Origin: Flectonema sp. DT1601
Lineage: Eukaryota
DNA: 64,000 nucleotides
Assembly: GCA_964019425.1 (NCBI GenBank)
Contig: OZ025790.1
Location: 1,240,001 to 1,304,000, forward strand
Reading direction: 5' to 3'
The notes beneath the pieces were generated by a model. The model ran no database searches and was not told the origin of the DNA. It saw only the letters and a program-made list of their open reading frames with translations. This document shows positions 1 to 12,552 of the stretch, piece after piece (positions within the stretch are counted from its first letter, which is position 1; each line of letters starts with the position of its first letter). The translations under genes were made by a program, and so were the position numbers.

Positions 1-651
1 GTTTGGAATCATCACCAACAGCGGGTGTCTTATTTAGTTGACGTCGATTCACAGCCATTTCCTGATTCAGAAACAGAGAGCTTAATTAGTATAATTCCGA
101 TTTTGTTATCCAGTGCGGAGGTCATTATTGAGGAGTGGGATGCTGCAGTCGCAAGTCAAAGGCTAAAATTGAAATCAGAAGCTGAACATCAAAGGCTTAG
201 TACTGGTTGGGGTGAGTTCTCTTATGTTGTTGGAGGAGTTAAGTCTGACAGTAGTGGAGAGTTTGAGTTGTTGTTTCCAAAGACCGCAAATATTTTATCA
301 AATGTTGAGTTACTACCAAAAGGTTTCATTGGATTCAGTTCTCTCCAACCTCAAACATCTATCGCCTCTCACTGCGGAGCAACAAACCACAAGTTGAGAT
401 TACATTTGGGTGTTACAGTTCCTTCTGTTTGCCAACCTCAGTCTGTAGAACCTCTTTGTGCTATTAAAGTAGGAAATGAAACACGTGGATGGTTACCCGG
501 TGGTGTTCTAACTTTGGATGATAGTTTCCTTCACTCTGTTTGGAATAACGGAACTGAAACTCGAGTCGTTCTGATTATTGACGTCTGGCACCCGAACTTA
601 AGTAAACAACAGAGGAAACAGATTACCGCTGATTTTGGATACTCTTCGTGA
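1..651 (+). CDS. Aspartyl/asparaginyl beta-hydroxylase-domain (2OG/Fe cupin) protein, 5'-truncated by the window edge
   Basis: Frame is open from base 1. Motifs FSSLQPQTSIASHCG, KLRLHLG, DDSFLHSVWN and RVVLIIDVWHP are typical of the Asp_Arg_Hydrox family. Confidence 0.85.
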   Translation, partial: VWNHHQQRVSYLVDVDSQPFPDSETESLISIIPILLSSAEVIIEEWDAAVASQRLKLKSEAEHQRLSTGWGEFSYVVGGVKSDSSGEFELLFPKTANILSNVELLPKGFIGFSSLQPQTSIASHCGATNHKLRLHLGVTVPSVCQPQSVEPLCAIKVGNETRGWLPGGVLTLDDSFLHSVWNNGTETRVVLIIDVWHPNLSKQQRKQITADFGYSS

Positions 652-984
652 GAGTTATGGTAATGAGGAACACCTGACATTCTGAGTGGATTCCATTCCT
701 GTAAGTCACCTACAGCGCTGGCTTCCTTTAGGAAATATAACGATGCGAAAACTCTTCAGGTGATTATCTAATCTAGTTGTGACGACTTCGCGGCGTTGTA
801 ATCTTAAAGACTTTCTTACTAAGCATTTTTACATTTATTCAAATCCGTTCGTATTGTAACTGTTATTATTATTATTCCCACTTTAGTCTACCTGCTATGG
901 TTACTTACCATGTGGGGATAAACATCGGTAACTATTTGTAATTACCAACCTATTTGCCAGTCCGATAAGAAAAAAAAATAAACA

Positions 985-2391
985 ATGTTGGTCGGGGTAG
1001 CTGTAGTTGCAGCATTGATGAGTGGGGTGACTCAGATTGATCCTGTGTCGGTATTTAGAACATGTTTTACTCCTGGGGATTGCGAGATCTTTCAAGCAGA
1101 GCAATCATCATGTAGTGATAAGCAGTTGTGCACATGCGCAACGCAAACCTTTGATTTGAAGCAGTGTTTCGCAAGGAATCAAGCTGGAGTCACAGAGCCT
1201 TCAGTGCATGACAGGCTTAATATTGTGTGGGCAATGTCCCACGGGACTTTCATTCCACCAGCGACGTCATCTTTTACAACTAAAAGAATTGTCAACTGTG
1301 GTTCGTTAGCTGCATTCGAAAGAGCGTATCTACCACAAGTCCAGTCACTACTCCCTAGAGAAATAACTAACTTAGAAATTAAAATCATCTGCTACACTTC
1401 AGGCAGCGATTCTTTTATGAAATCAATGGTCAAGTTCGATGCCCCAGCGAGTCTACTATTCACCTCTGGTAGCAGTGATAGTAATATGATAAGAAGATTA
1501 GCAACAAACTTAAACAGCATCGTTCTTAAGGAATCACAAACTAATACAGACCTGTACGCTGGAGGTCATATAACTCATGCACATGCTGCGACTGTTCAGG
1601 CGTTAGCGAAGTGCGCTCCGGATGATTCTACGATCCTGTCTGTGTCGTTTTCAACAGATGCTTCATTAACGAACTACTTAGAAGGAACTCTAAGCTGCAA
1701 TCCAATGATTTGTAAAAGTACCTACAGATGGGAACAGACTGCTGATGGTGGAAGTCGATGCATTGCAGTTCCAACAGCTGTTCCTACGACTGTCCCAACT
1801 ACTAATGCGCCATCACCAGATGATGTTACTCGTTCTGTTACTGTTGAAGTAACAGTCACTGGTGAACTTACTGAACTTCAAGCTGGTCTTTCAGTTATAA
1901 AACAGACAATTGGAACAGGACTTGGTAACTCAGAACCTGCTGAATGTGTTAGTGTATGTCGTAGGTCACTAAGAATCAGTGCGTTCTATGACTCTGAATG
2001 CTTTACGAACTGTGCGACTGCTTCGATTACAACCAACCGAGGAATTCAGCAACTTGCTGCCAGGAGATGGAGGTTTAGATTTACAGGTTCTACATCATAC
2101 ACTCACGAACTTGTACTTAAAAGAATTAATAATGGTTTAGGTGGTGTTCTCGGATCATCAACACTTAACCTCTTGGAAGTCGTTGAGCCAAAGGGATACA
2201 GAGACTTCAGTGACGATGAGCTGTCAGGTGGTGCCATTGCTGGAATCGTCATAGGAGGAACCTTATTTTTATGCTTTGTTACTTTTATAGTTTACAAGAT
2301 CGCAACTGCACCGCCAAGAGAAGAATTAAATCCAACTGCACCGCCAAGCGAAGAAACCAAACCACTTGACGAATCAGTGGAGAAACCGTAG
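985..2391 (+). CDS. Type I membrane/surface protein of unknown function
   Basis: N-terminal signal peptide, Cys-rich modules, a P/T-rich linker (VPTAVPTTVPTT), a C-terminal TM helix (LSGGAIAGIVIGGTLFLCFVTFIVY) and a short tail. Confidence 0.8.
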   Translation: MLVGVAVVAALMSGVTQIDPVSVFRTCFTPGDCEIFQAEQSSCSDKQLCTCATQTFDLKQCFARNQAGVTEPSVHDRLNIVWAMSHGTFIPPATSSFTTKRIVNCGSLAAFERAYLPQVQSLLPREITNLEIKIICYTSGSDSFMKSMVKFDAPASLLFTSGSSDSNMIRRLATNLNSIVLKESQTNTDLYAGGHITHAHAATVQALAKCAPDDSTILSVSFSTDASLTNYLEGTLSCNPMICKSTYRWEQTADGGSRCIAVPTAVPTTVPTTNAPSPDDVTRSVTVEVTVTGELTELQAGLSVIKQTIGTGLGNSEPAECVSVCRRSLRISAFYDSECFTNCATASITTNRGIQQLAARRWRFRFTGSTSYTHELVLKRINNGLGGVLGSSTLNLLEVVEPKGYRDFSDDELSGGAIAGIVIGGTLFLCFVTFIVYKIATAPPREELNPTAPPSEETKPLDESVEKP

Positions 2392-3964
2392 GATATTCTC
2401 TTTCTTCACGGTTAATTTTTAGTTTTTTTCATTTTGGCCTTTCAACAGTTGTACGCGTGGTTGCCGCGCTGGTCTTTCGTTTTTTTTCCTTTATTCGTCT
2501 GCAAATACCCGTTGATCGCAAGTTGTCACTAAAGTTCCGCTGAAGTCAATTTTTTCCTTTCTTTTATTCGGTTCCTTTTTTTCTTTTTTTTGTTTGTTTG
2601 TTATTATTTTAGTCCTTCATAAGTCTTAGGGAAAAAAAAGGTTGGGCAACATACCTATAGTCTTGCATCTTCTCTCCCTGCCCATTGTATTTTTTTCAGC
2701 GGACGAAGACTTGGGGGTGTGTGGCTTCTGGGGTTCGGTACTATTTCTGTTTAATACTAGATACTAAGTTGTGGTAATTGTGAAATGAGAGAAAGGAAAA
2801 AATAAAGTTGCGTACTTTGCAGGCGGTAAAAAAAGCAAAGGGCGAAAACTGAAAAAAAAAAAAAAAAAAAAAAAAAACTAAATTTAGCTAAACTGGTTTT
2901 ATGTCTGAATGTAGGTATTGCTCAGCAACTGTAACTCTCCATCAACGAGCAGTTCTGTGAGTAGGGGACAAATGAAAAAGAGGAAAATTTTGCATCCCCA
3001 GGCCCGCTCCCCATTTTACCGTTGTATACGCGTACGGTCGCTGACTGAATATCTTCAGCTGTGTTGACCGTAAAAAACAACAATATCAACATCGTCGCCT
3101 TTTTTTTTTTTTTTAAAAAAAAAAAAGGGGGAATGAAGAAAACAAAACACCGTTATCGGAAATAAGAAACAATTATTGCTTTATTATAACCCCCGAGCTT
3201 GATAATAAGGTATCTATTTACCCCCTTGGTGGTCGCTGATTATTCAAATATAATTAAAAGCCTCTCCTCCTTTTTATTATAAATTATGTACCAGCCAACT
3301 AATTATTTTTTAAGGAGGTTGAAACATCACGGAGTCACTGTTATCTGCTAACTGATTTTTCAAGGTTTTATGTTTATTATGATGCAGCACAGCTGTTTGT
3401 ATATCAAAAATGAACATAAAAAAACACTTGTCGATACTGTCCTTACTTTCGTGTATTTCGAGGTTTATCAAAACCCTGAAAGACACGAAGGAGATTGACT
3501 GCTGTTTTTCACAGTCAGCAAGTCTTTGTAACCCCACAGCCGTCTTTTATTAAAATACGGATATAAATATTTGTATATTTAAGTAATTAGATGCTCCACT
3601 ACTGTGTGGTACTTCGACACCTGTGAGGAAGACATAAAAGACGGTTGAAACTCGTCTGTTACACAGCTGTTTTTCCCCTCTTTTTTTTTCTTTTTCCTCT
3701 AGTGTCTTCCTCTGTTGTTTAGTCACAGCCCCGTCTTTTCGGTTATTCTGTTTTTCATGAAGTATTTCTTCTTTTTCCTGTTTTTTTTTAATAAAATTAT
3801 ATTTTATTTTTATTTTTGGTATTCTTAACAGCAACTCAAGCGATGTTCACGAGTACCTTAACGAAGAGATGGTGGAGCAAATTTAAAAGCATTTTGGGTC
3901 GTTGCACGCTTCGAATAATATTATGTTTTGTGATTCATAAGTTAATTTCTTCATCAGTATTACA

Positions 3965-5164
3965 ATGAGTGTGTTGTGGGGAACGGTAGTCTCCCTGCGA
4001 AACTTAAGAAATGAGGATTTGAACGGTAAGTTTGGTAGGATTGTTGGAGTGCAACAAGAACGTGTCGTAGTCGAAATTGAAGGAGTTGGAAGGAAAGCAT
4101 TCCGACGAGAGAATTTAAGAATACCATCAGCTGTGAGGGCTTTGTGTTATAGATGTGAAAGGGAAAGTATGAGCACGACGAATGAAGAAGGTCAATTGGA
4201 ATGCAGGTGGTGTCGGGGAACTTTTGTCGAACGAGTAGATGATGTGGAGACACACAATACAATATTATCTTTAACAGCTGCAAGAAGACAACCGCCGATA
4301 TTACGGCATACTTACCAACCGTACGGCGCTAGGACGCAACGCAGTCAACGAACGCTTATTGAACGAGTCTTTAGAACTTCAACAAGCTTACCAGCAACTG
4401 CATCAAGACAAACAATATCACCAACTACTACAAGACAAACGGCAACAACAACAGCAACAACAACTGCACCAACTCCTTCAACAGCTACTAATAATAACGG
4501 ACCTGCTATTTCTTTACTCTCTCAACTTGCAGGAATCCGACCGCAAGCGGGATCTGTTTCACCCGCCCAGTTGTCGGGAATTGAAATTCGAGCGATTCCA
4601 ACTTCGACATCTTCAAACCGAAGTAATGCGAACAGGTCATCAGGTAGTGAGAATCGTCCTTCTGTATCGGTAGTAGTGTCTGGGGAAGGTGAGGCTGGGG
4701 GATCTGGAGCACCGCCACAAGCAGCTGTTGACATCGTTGAAAATATTATGTCAGAAATCCTATCGGGTATTAATAGGAATCTACCACCTCCAACATTTCT
4801 TGAAGTTTGGGTTGATGCTCTAGGTACTTATGAGCAGGACTTAGAAGCTTTGCTACATCACCTCCATCAAACTCAAGAACCACGAGGACCACCTCCGGCG
4901 TCTGAAGAAGCTATTGCCAGACTGGCAGTCGACGACGTTACTTCTCAGACATCAGAAATCTGTTCTATTTGTCAGGATCCTTTCAAACCAGGTGATCGTT
5001 CATGTGAAATGCCCTGCAAACACAAATACCATTGTGACTGTTTAATGCCTTGGCTGAAAGAAAGAAATTCCTGTCCAACATGTCGATACGAACTGCCAAC
5101 CGACGACGAGGAATATGAGCGGAACAAGAGAGAACGACAGCAACAATCCCAAGCAAATAATTAA
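3965..5164 (+). CDS. RING-H2 E3 ubiquitin ligase, RNF115/RNF126-like
   Basis: Zn-ribbon CYRCE...CRWCRGTFVE, then GPPPASEEAI, then RING-H2 CSIC...MPCKHKYHCDCLMPWL..RNSCPTCRYEL. Confidence 0.92.
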   Translation: MSVLWGTVVSLRNLRNEDLNGKFGRIVGVQQERVVVEIEGVGRKAFRRENLRIPSAVRALCYRCERESMSTTNEEGQLECRWCRGTFVERVDDVETHNTILSLTAARRQPPILRHTYQPYGARTQRSQRTLIERVFRTSTSLPATASRQTISPTTTRQTATTTATTTAPTPSTATNNNGPAISLLSQLAGIRPQAGSVSPAQLSGIEIRAIPTSTSSNRSNANRSSGSENRPSVSVVVSGEGEAGGSGAPPQAAVDIVENIMSEILSGINRNLPPPTFLEVWVDALGTYEQDLEALLHHLHQTQEPRGPPPASEEAIARLAVDDVTSQTSEICSICQDPFKPGDRSCEMPCKHKYHCDCLMPWLKERNSCPTCRYELPTDDEEYERNKRERQQQSQANN

Positions 5165-6203
5165 ACTAAAGAAACTAGATAATATTTATAACACATTGTG
5201 GTTGTTTCTCCTGTCTCTTTGAATGCATTCAACTGTCAACGGTATTCATATAAACAGGGTCTCCTTTTCAGATATTTATTTGTTATTATTATTTTCTTTT
5301 TTTTTTTTTTTTTTTTTAATTGTTTCATAAATTACGTAACGAGGCGAAATAACCTGAAATGGAAAAAAAAAAAAAAACTTTTTTTTGACACACTTAAGGG
5401 AAAAAAAAAAATTAATTAAAAAAAAAAATAACACCTGATTGGTTGTAGCTTCCATAACAATGGTGGGCTCTTTTTTTTTCTTTTAAAAATGCCTTAAAAA
5501 GGGCTACAAAAAAACATGCACCTTCTTAAATTTATGAGGAAAAAAAAATTGAGATTAATATCTTTTTACTATTAGCAGCAAATCTTCTCTTTCTGAGCAA
5601 AACTATCTCTTGCGAATAGTTTTGTTCGGGGAAGGGAGGGGGGAAAAAAAAAGAGGGAAAAAAAAAAAAAAAAGGTTTCCTACTCGACTACTGGTGTTAT
5701 TTATCATAACCAGATTACTCTGCGTTGCTATATTGATTGATACGGGAAACCGTTTTATTATTAGTAGCACGATCTGCTTATTTTAGATCCAAAAAAAAAA
5801 AAAAAAAAAAAAGGGGTCTGCTGACCTTCTCCATGCCACATTTCTTTACGCCTTTGTGGCATAATAGATTTAGTATGCAGTGTCAGGGTTTACCCTGATT
5901 TTAAGCTTTTATGTGTTAGAAGATTTTTAATTTTTTTTTTTTTTTATTTCAAAAAAAAAAAAAAAAAGTATGTCTCTGCTCTGCTACAGGTGACAAAATT
6001 GGGGATGGTGGTGCACAAACAAATTTAAGTACGAGGCGCCTCTTGATCCCTTACAGTGATCAATAGAATGAAAAATTCTACTCCTCCGTGAGGGATTCTT
6101 TATTTATTTTCGAAGTCTGGTTGTGTCGCAAAACAAAAGCAAGATTGAAAAGTCAGCTGATACCGTTATTTTCGAGTACTACTTTACCCCCTCAGATCAA
6201 AAC

Positions 6204-9200
6204 ATGGGGCAAAAAGCATCCTCCCAAACGGACAGCAAGTGGTTGTACGATAGTGGAGAGGATGAAGGAGATAATCACCCAGAGTTGACTAAAACTTTTA
6301 AGCAATACTTAAAAAATAACAGTTGTACATTCCTAGATTGCTTAGTGGGTGACAACCCGACAGACTCTCGATACAGAATAACATACAAGCAGTGGACCAT
6401 AGCGTTTGCGAAATTGTTAGAAAAAAACAAAGACATCGACGAAACATATAGAAAAGAACAACAAAAACTACGAGACAAAGAATACGCTTGGTGGTTTGGT
6501 GATAAACGCTGTCTCTTCCTACTTAATGAAACAGATCACAAGGAAACTTTTATGAATATCCGGGAAGCAGTTGTAAGACAACTCTGGGTTAATATGTTAA
6601 ACCTCGAACCTGTAGTCATAGGCCCAGTTGATGGCCAACAGCCAGATGATCGGATTATCGTATTCCCTACCGAATCTGATGAACCCTGTGTTTACAGAGA
6701 GGCCATCATCAGCTATGCAAAACTAAAAGACTACGTCTCCGTAACAGAGGGAGGCACGAAAGTTGCTGAGCGACTAGCTGTCGGACTTCCACACAACCAA
6801 TCAGTTGAAATTATGAGAAAGCTTTTGACCAAGCACATAAAGAGAGGTGGTAACCGTGAATTGATAGACGAATATAGTAATGTCCTCAAAAACAAAGGGT
6901 TTCTATCCCCAAAACAGTTGATAGAAGTTATTCCTGGATCCAAAGGCAGCATTTACGATAATGAAATCCAAAGTAAATTGAAGATCGTCCCCGGTAATAC
7001 GGAACTCCCTGAAAAAGATGTATTCTACATCACTGAGTATGACTTTAAAGATGCCTATTCTCAAGTAGTCGGTATTAACGTTTTCAAAGATAGTAAAGTA
7101 GGTATCTGTGCCAATAGTAACGCTTACAGTGGGTTCAACGACTCAATAGCAGGTGTTAGTGTATCTGATTTATTTAAAACTATGATACGCGATCCTCAAA
7201 TCGCCCAAAGCAGACAATATGACTACCAGTTGGAGTTTGCGCGTAACCAAAATTTAATTTCCGGAAAATCGTGGAACATGGTTACTTTTGTTTTCTTCTT
7301 AGTGGCGGTTATGTATACTTTTCAAGCAGACCGTGACATCGGTCGTTCATTCTATGCTAACTTGTCAATATTCGAAGGAATAGCTAATGACGAAGTTCAA
7401 AATGACGCAGAGCCTCGTTGGTTTCCTCAAACATACTTTGACACGGCCAACACGGAAGACTACTGGGTCTGGTTTGATAGTAAAATTGTAAATACATTTT
7501 GGGGTGAAGAAAATGAAACAACAGGCATTGATGTAACATACAGTACATCACAACAACTACTTGGTAGTGTAAAAGTTAGACAAGTTCGTCAGGCTTCTGA
7601 AAAGTGTAAAGGTCTTGGAGAAATGATGTTAAATTCAAGAGACTCTTGTAACAATCCTGGAGACACCAGAGCGTCTACTAACTTCCTTCCTTGGCAAGGT
7701 GTTAGAAATCCACCGACATCAGCAGAAGTTGACCTCCAACAAAGCGTCGACGGAAGTATCGCTGCCAGACGTTGCGGTGCCCTGGGTAAGTTCCGCGCTC
7801 AGAGTCCTGGATTAGACAAAGCTCGTACGATAACTATTGGATACTACTCAGATGATGGCCAGACAGGAAGAATCTTATCTCTGATTTTTAGAATTCTTGC
7901 AGAAGAACGAATGTACTCCAGCCCAGTGGAAGATCGCATTTTTGCGAAATGGGAAAGAGTTGATCCCAACAACATCAGAGCCTACGATGTGATAATTAAC
8001 TTGAAGGATGATGATCTTAAGGAACTCAAAAGACAACAACCAGATATCGATTATGAATCAAGAGAGCTTTACAGCGGTACTCGTTCATCGTGGTACATAA
8101 CTGATAATACTTGTTCTGATTGTGATAGTCTAAGGGATCTCGATATTAAAGAGAATTGGGATTCTGTTGTTGCTGAGTACCCTTTCAACATTAGAAGTGA
8201 ATACGGAAGACATTACATGTTCATGACAAGTAATCCTCCTCCTGATGAGGATGTCTACAGGAGGACTTTTATGAACCATCCAAAGGATATGTCGTCAGAA
8301 GAATCTATGTTTAGCACTCTAGACTCCTTTAGAATTAATAAATGGGGTGCTGTCTATTACGCATCGTTCCCTTCGCGTATTGTGGCTGCTACAAGAGGTC
8401 GTGAACTGGTTGGATCTGGAAGTAGCGTCACGAGTAAGAGATACATCGCAACTAAGTTAACTAAAGACAGTAAATTACTTGCTGACGTTTACCAACTTTA
8501 CAAGTCAATCTACTTCAGAGACTCTGCTATCAATGAAATTACCAAGTTTCACGCTGATAATGATTTTTATTTCGGTATGTTGTCGTTCCAAAACCTTTTT
8601 TCATCTGTTTCCATTTTTCTAAAATAAATATAAACAGCTGCCTGTAACTGGGTGAAGGAAAACGAGTACAAAGGTCACATCTGGCAATCTTGGATGAGAA
8701 GATCTGTTGAGTTCGACATGACCAGAAAAGAAGGAACCTACACTCGTAATTGTTACGATTCATGGGACGGTGGATTTAATTTTGAAGAGAAGATTTTCAA
8801 TGATCCAAAAACTGACACCCTCAAGGTTATTAAGTTTGGTAATCAAGATGCTGAATTAGTATTTGACAGACCTAGGTACCTGTTATCACTAGAGGCCGCT
8901 AGTCTTGGATCGCTCCCAGCAGCTGAACTCACCCGATACATGGAGCCTTGGGTATATCGTACTTGTGATGAGCTTGATGGAAGAGGATATGAGCTTATGG
9001 GAAAAGTTATTGACAACAGTCAACAGACAAGAACGCTTTATGGATGTAGTGGTTTTGGTACTCTTCTAAAGGTCGACGAAACTAAATTACAGGTCCTCGA
9101 AATTACTAAAATGTTGAGAACCAATAATTGGATAGACGCAGCCACTAGAGCTGTCATCGTTGAATTCTTTATGTTTGAACAGAATTCAGGTATCGTTACT

Positions 9201-11054
9201 CACGTCAAGTACCTCGTTGAAACAGCGTCGACCGGTGGTCTCGACGTTACTCAAACTGTCAACAGTTTTAAACAGTTCAAATTTAAGAATTTAGAAAGCC
9301 CTGTCGCATTCATCTTTTCAATTTGTATCATGTTGTTCTGTGCTGCAATTCTTTTAATGGAGTTCTGGACTGATTTTTATGGTCACGTTGTCGCAGAGAG
9401 TAGTACTTGGTATATGGAAGCATCAGCTTACCATGGAAACTTCTGTCCTCTTGTATCATGCTGTGGTTGTTGTCATAAAGAAGAACAAGCACCATGGGTT
9501 AGAGTAATGGGATGTAGAAAGGTTGCTAGATTCGTAGATATCCTTCTCAATCCAATTTTTATTTTCCGACTGTTGAAGTGGCTAATGTTCATCGCATGTC
9601 TACTATTCCGTAGTTACAATATGATCCTCGGTCGTTCTGCCACTACATGTACTGGAGCATGGCCGGAAGAGTTGGAATTAATATCGCATCTCACTCAAAT
9701 CGGTGACATAATTGAAGGATTCTTCGTTCTGATGCTATTCTGTTACCTCCTCGTTTACATGCAATTCTTCTCTGAGTCCTTTAAGCGTTTGGGTGACACC
9801 CTCGCACACGCCGTGTCGAACATCTTCGCGACTCTTGTCATTGTTCTTGTTTGCATCTTTGGATTTGCCTTATCGGCTTGGGTTGTTTACGGATCGCTAG
9901 TTGAAGAACATAAGGTGTGTAATAGAATGGTTATTATTGATAACGTTGTGAGTGAGTAAAAAAACAAATAAAACAAAACAAAACAAAACAGGGTCTTGTA
10001 AAGAGTGTTGGAACAACCATTCTTATGATGCTTGGCGATTTCGGAACTTACGAACAGATGGAAGAGGTTTGTAACAAATTTGGGGTTTTCATGATCAAGG
10101 GCGATTTTCTTTTTCTTCTAGCAGAGGTTTCCTTTGCGAAGAAGTACGAATATTTCTTTTCAGTCCAAGTTCAGGATGATAAATCCTTTACCGTAGTGTG
10201 AGCAAGTCATCCGACTACAACCGAAATTTTGTGTAAATTATATAAGCATTATAAATGGGGAAAAAAAATAAAAAAATAAATAACAGGTTCGACCTGAGTT
10301 CACGATGCCTTTCTTCTTGTTATTCTTCGTCGTAGCTACTTTGATCCTTTTCAACTTATTGATTGGTATCTTAACCACTGCGTATGGAATAGTAACAAGT
10401 GAGCAGTTCCGAACAGTGAAATACATCGATATCCTCAACCACGATTCTTCAGTTACTTCTTGGGGGGGATTCGAAGCGTTTACTTTAAAAACAAAAATAA
10501 TAAGGAAATTGTTAGTGATGGGTACAAGATTCTTAGACTTGGTTTGCTGTTGCAAAGAGAGAGAAGGTTTGGAGAACAATTATGCGAAATTCTGGAGACA
10601 GTACATTAAGCTACTGAACTACATGAACAGCGATGACTTAGCTACTGCGATTATTGGATTGGCTTCTTTCATTAATGAGTTTGAAAAAACTGGAAAGAAC
10701 TACTACGACGATGAGGATTCACCAAACCCGTCGATTATCGATTCTCATGACACTGTCAGAATCAGTACGATGGCCTTTCTCGATGAAGAACTTGGTTGCG
10801 CAGAACGTAGACGTCATTTTGAAAAGACTCTAGTTGAGCTGCCAGTTCATCATATTAACAGCTACAGAGCGAGTGCCTGGTATGATGTTCTCGTCCACCA
10901 CAATGAGTATAAACACAAGGTAAGCCTTTGGGCACAAATTGAGGAAGAACCAGTAGGTGGATTCGCGCGGATTAAACAAGCTCTCAAACAAAGGGAAGCA
11001 TCGATTGCGGCTGCTGCGGCGGCATCGTCAGGAACACTAAAAGAAAATGCGTAA
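6204..11054 (+). CDS. Polycystin-2 (PKD2/TRPP)-like cation channel, ~1496 aa; exons 6204-8574, 8638-9914, 9992-10066, 10287-11054
   Basis: PKD2-like motifs LLGSVKVRQVRQ, WIDAATRAVIVEF, pore MMLGDF (in the 75-nt exon absent from the ORF track) and S6 LILFNLLIGIL. Three GT-AG introns join the ORFs in frame. The first ATG (6204) gives MGQKAS, a myristoylation-like start, 9 nt after a pyrimidine-rich AG. Confidence 0.85.
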
Positions 11055-12521
11055 AAAGAGAATCTCAGTGTCGATACCGTATATAATTTTTTCAGTTAGT
11101 TTTTTTTTTTTTAAACACCAACATTATGTCGATAAAGCAAAAAAAATAAAAAAGCGACATCTCTTCCCCTTATTTATTTATTATTATTATTTATTCCACC
11201 CCTTTTTTTTTTTTTTTCCCAGTGACAAATTGCTGTTATATTATACCAGTTGGTTACTTTTAGAGGGCAAAACCGATTTTTTTACGTTGACATATTTATC
11301 CCGTCCCCGGACTTCACTTTTTTATTTTTTTCCCCCTCTTTTACTAATGTTAAATTATCGTTATGTTGTTTATGATACAATACATTTGTATTTTACGTAC
11401 AAACTCGAACAGTTAACCCCCCCTTTTTTTTTAAAAATTAAAAAAAAAAAAATTTATATTCACGACATAAATGATAACTTATCGCATTCTACGACCAGAT
11501 TATTGGACCCGTCGTAGTCGTCGTCGCAACACACTTAAAAAAAAAATTGTGGAAAAAAAAATAATAATAATAAAAATTCACTTTACCATTCTCCTTACTA
11601 CTAACTGATACTTGTATATATTCTTTTTATTACATTTTTGTAAATGGAGAATGTGGCAGAAAAAGAGTAACCTTGTTAGCCTGCCTACTGTTACCAGAGA
11701 GATTAAAGCATTTTTGCCAACGTTGTCACGTTGATCAAAAAAATGTTGTCTCTCTCTCTCGTCTTGCTGTTAATGCAAGGAAAAATAGTAAAGGGGGGGG
11801 AAAAAAAAAAAAAAAAACACATTTCTTATGATGAATAAGAAGTGTTTAGCACGATCTTAAGAAAGATGTAAAAAAAACCCCGATAACGTTTTTTTAATGT
11901 TGTACTGCACTACTGCACTGAACAAAAAAAAAATAAAATAAAAAATAAGTGAACCTGATTTGATAGCGAGGTTCCTGACTGCTTGTGAATAATTCAATGT
12001 CTGTTTTTTTTTTTTTTTTTTTTTTTTTTTTTGTTTGTCTTTTTGAAAGTTTAATAATGATGCGCAAACATTGCGGGTTTATTAGTTTCGTTCGTAACTG
12101 TAGTTCCCTTTTTTTTCTTTTCTTCATGTATGAGATTTATCGATGCCAACTGTCAGTCTTTTCAAATAGTAGGTTTGGCCGAACTCCATTTTATTTTCTT
12201 AACCAATTGGTTCAAAGTTTTGCTTTATATTTAATTACAGTATCGAGTTACCCCTGTTTTGCCTGGTTTTATCTCTTTCGTGATTTCTAGATTGGTATGT
12301 ATGTAGGTCTTTCTTACTCGCAGCTTATAGCTGTATTCTATTCATGATTTTCTGTTCCACATGTTTTTTTTTTTTCAAATAGCTGAAGCTCCGATGTTGT
12401 CTTGTCGATCTTTGTCTTCTCCCCCCCATTTTTTTTATTTTCCCCTCTTCCTTTTTTTTTATTTAGTTTTGTTCATTCCCCTACACTCGCTTGAAAAGAA
12501 TATTTTCTTACAAGAGGAGAG

Positions 12522-12552
<31 letters not shown>

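Noticed and set aside
5970..6203. ATG 5970 is in frame with the PKD2-like ORF but is interrupted by three TGA codons (MSLLCYR*QNWGWW...LQ*SIE*KILL), suggesting TGA=Trp recoding
   Set aside because: No other gene needs TGA readthrough, conserved Trp positions use TGG, and several genes end in TGA. ATG 6204 has a good acceptor and an MGxxxS start.
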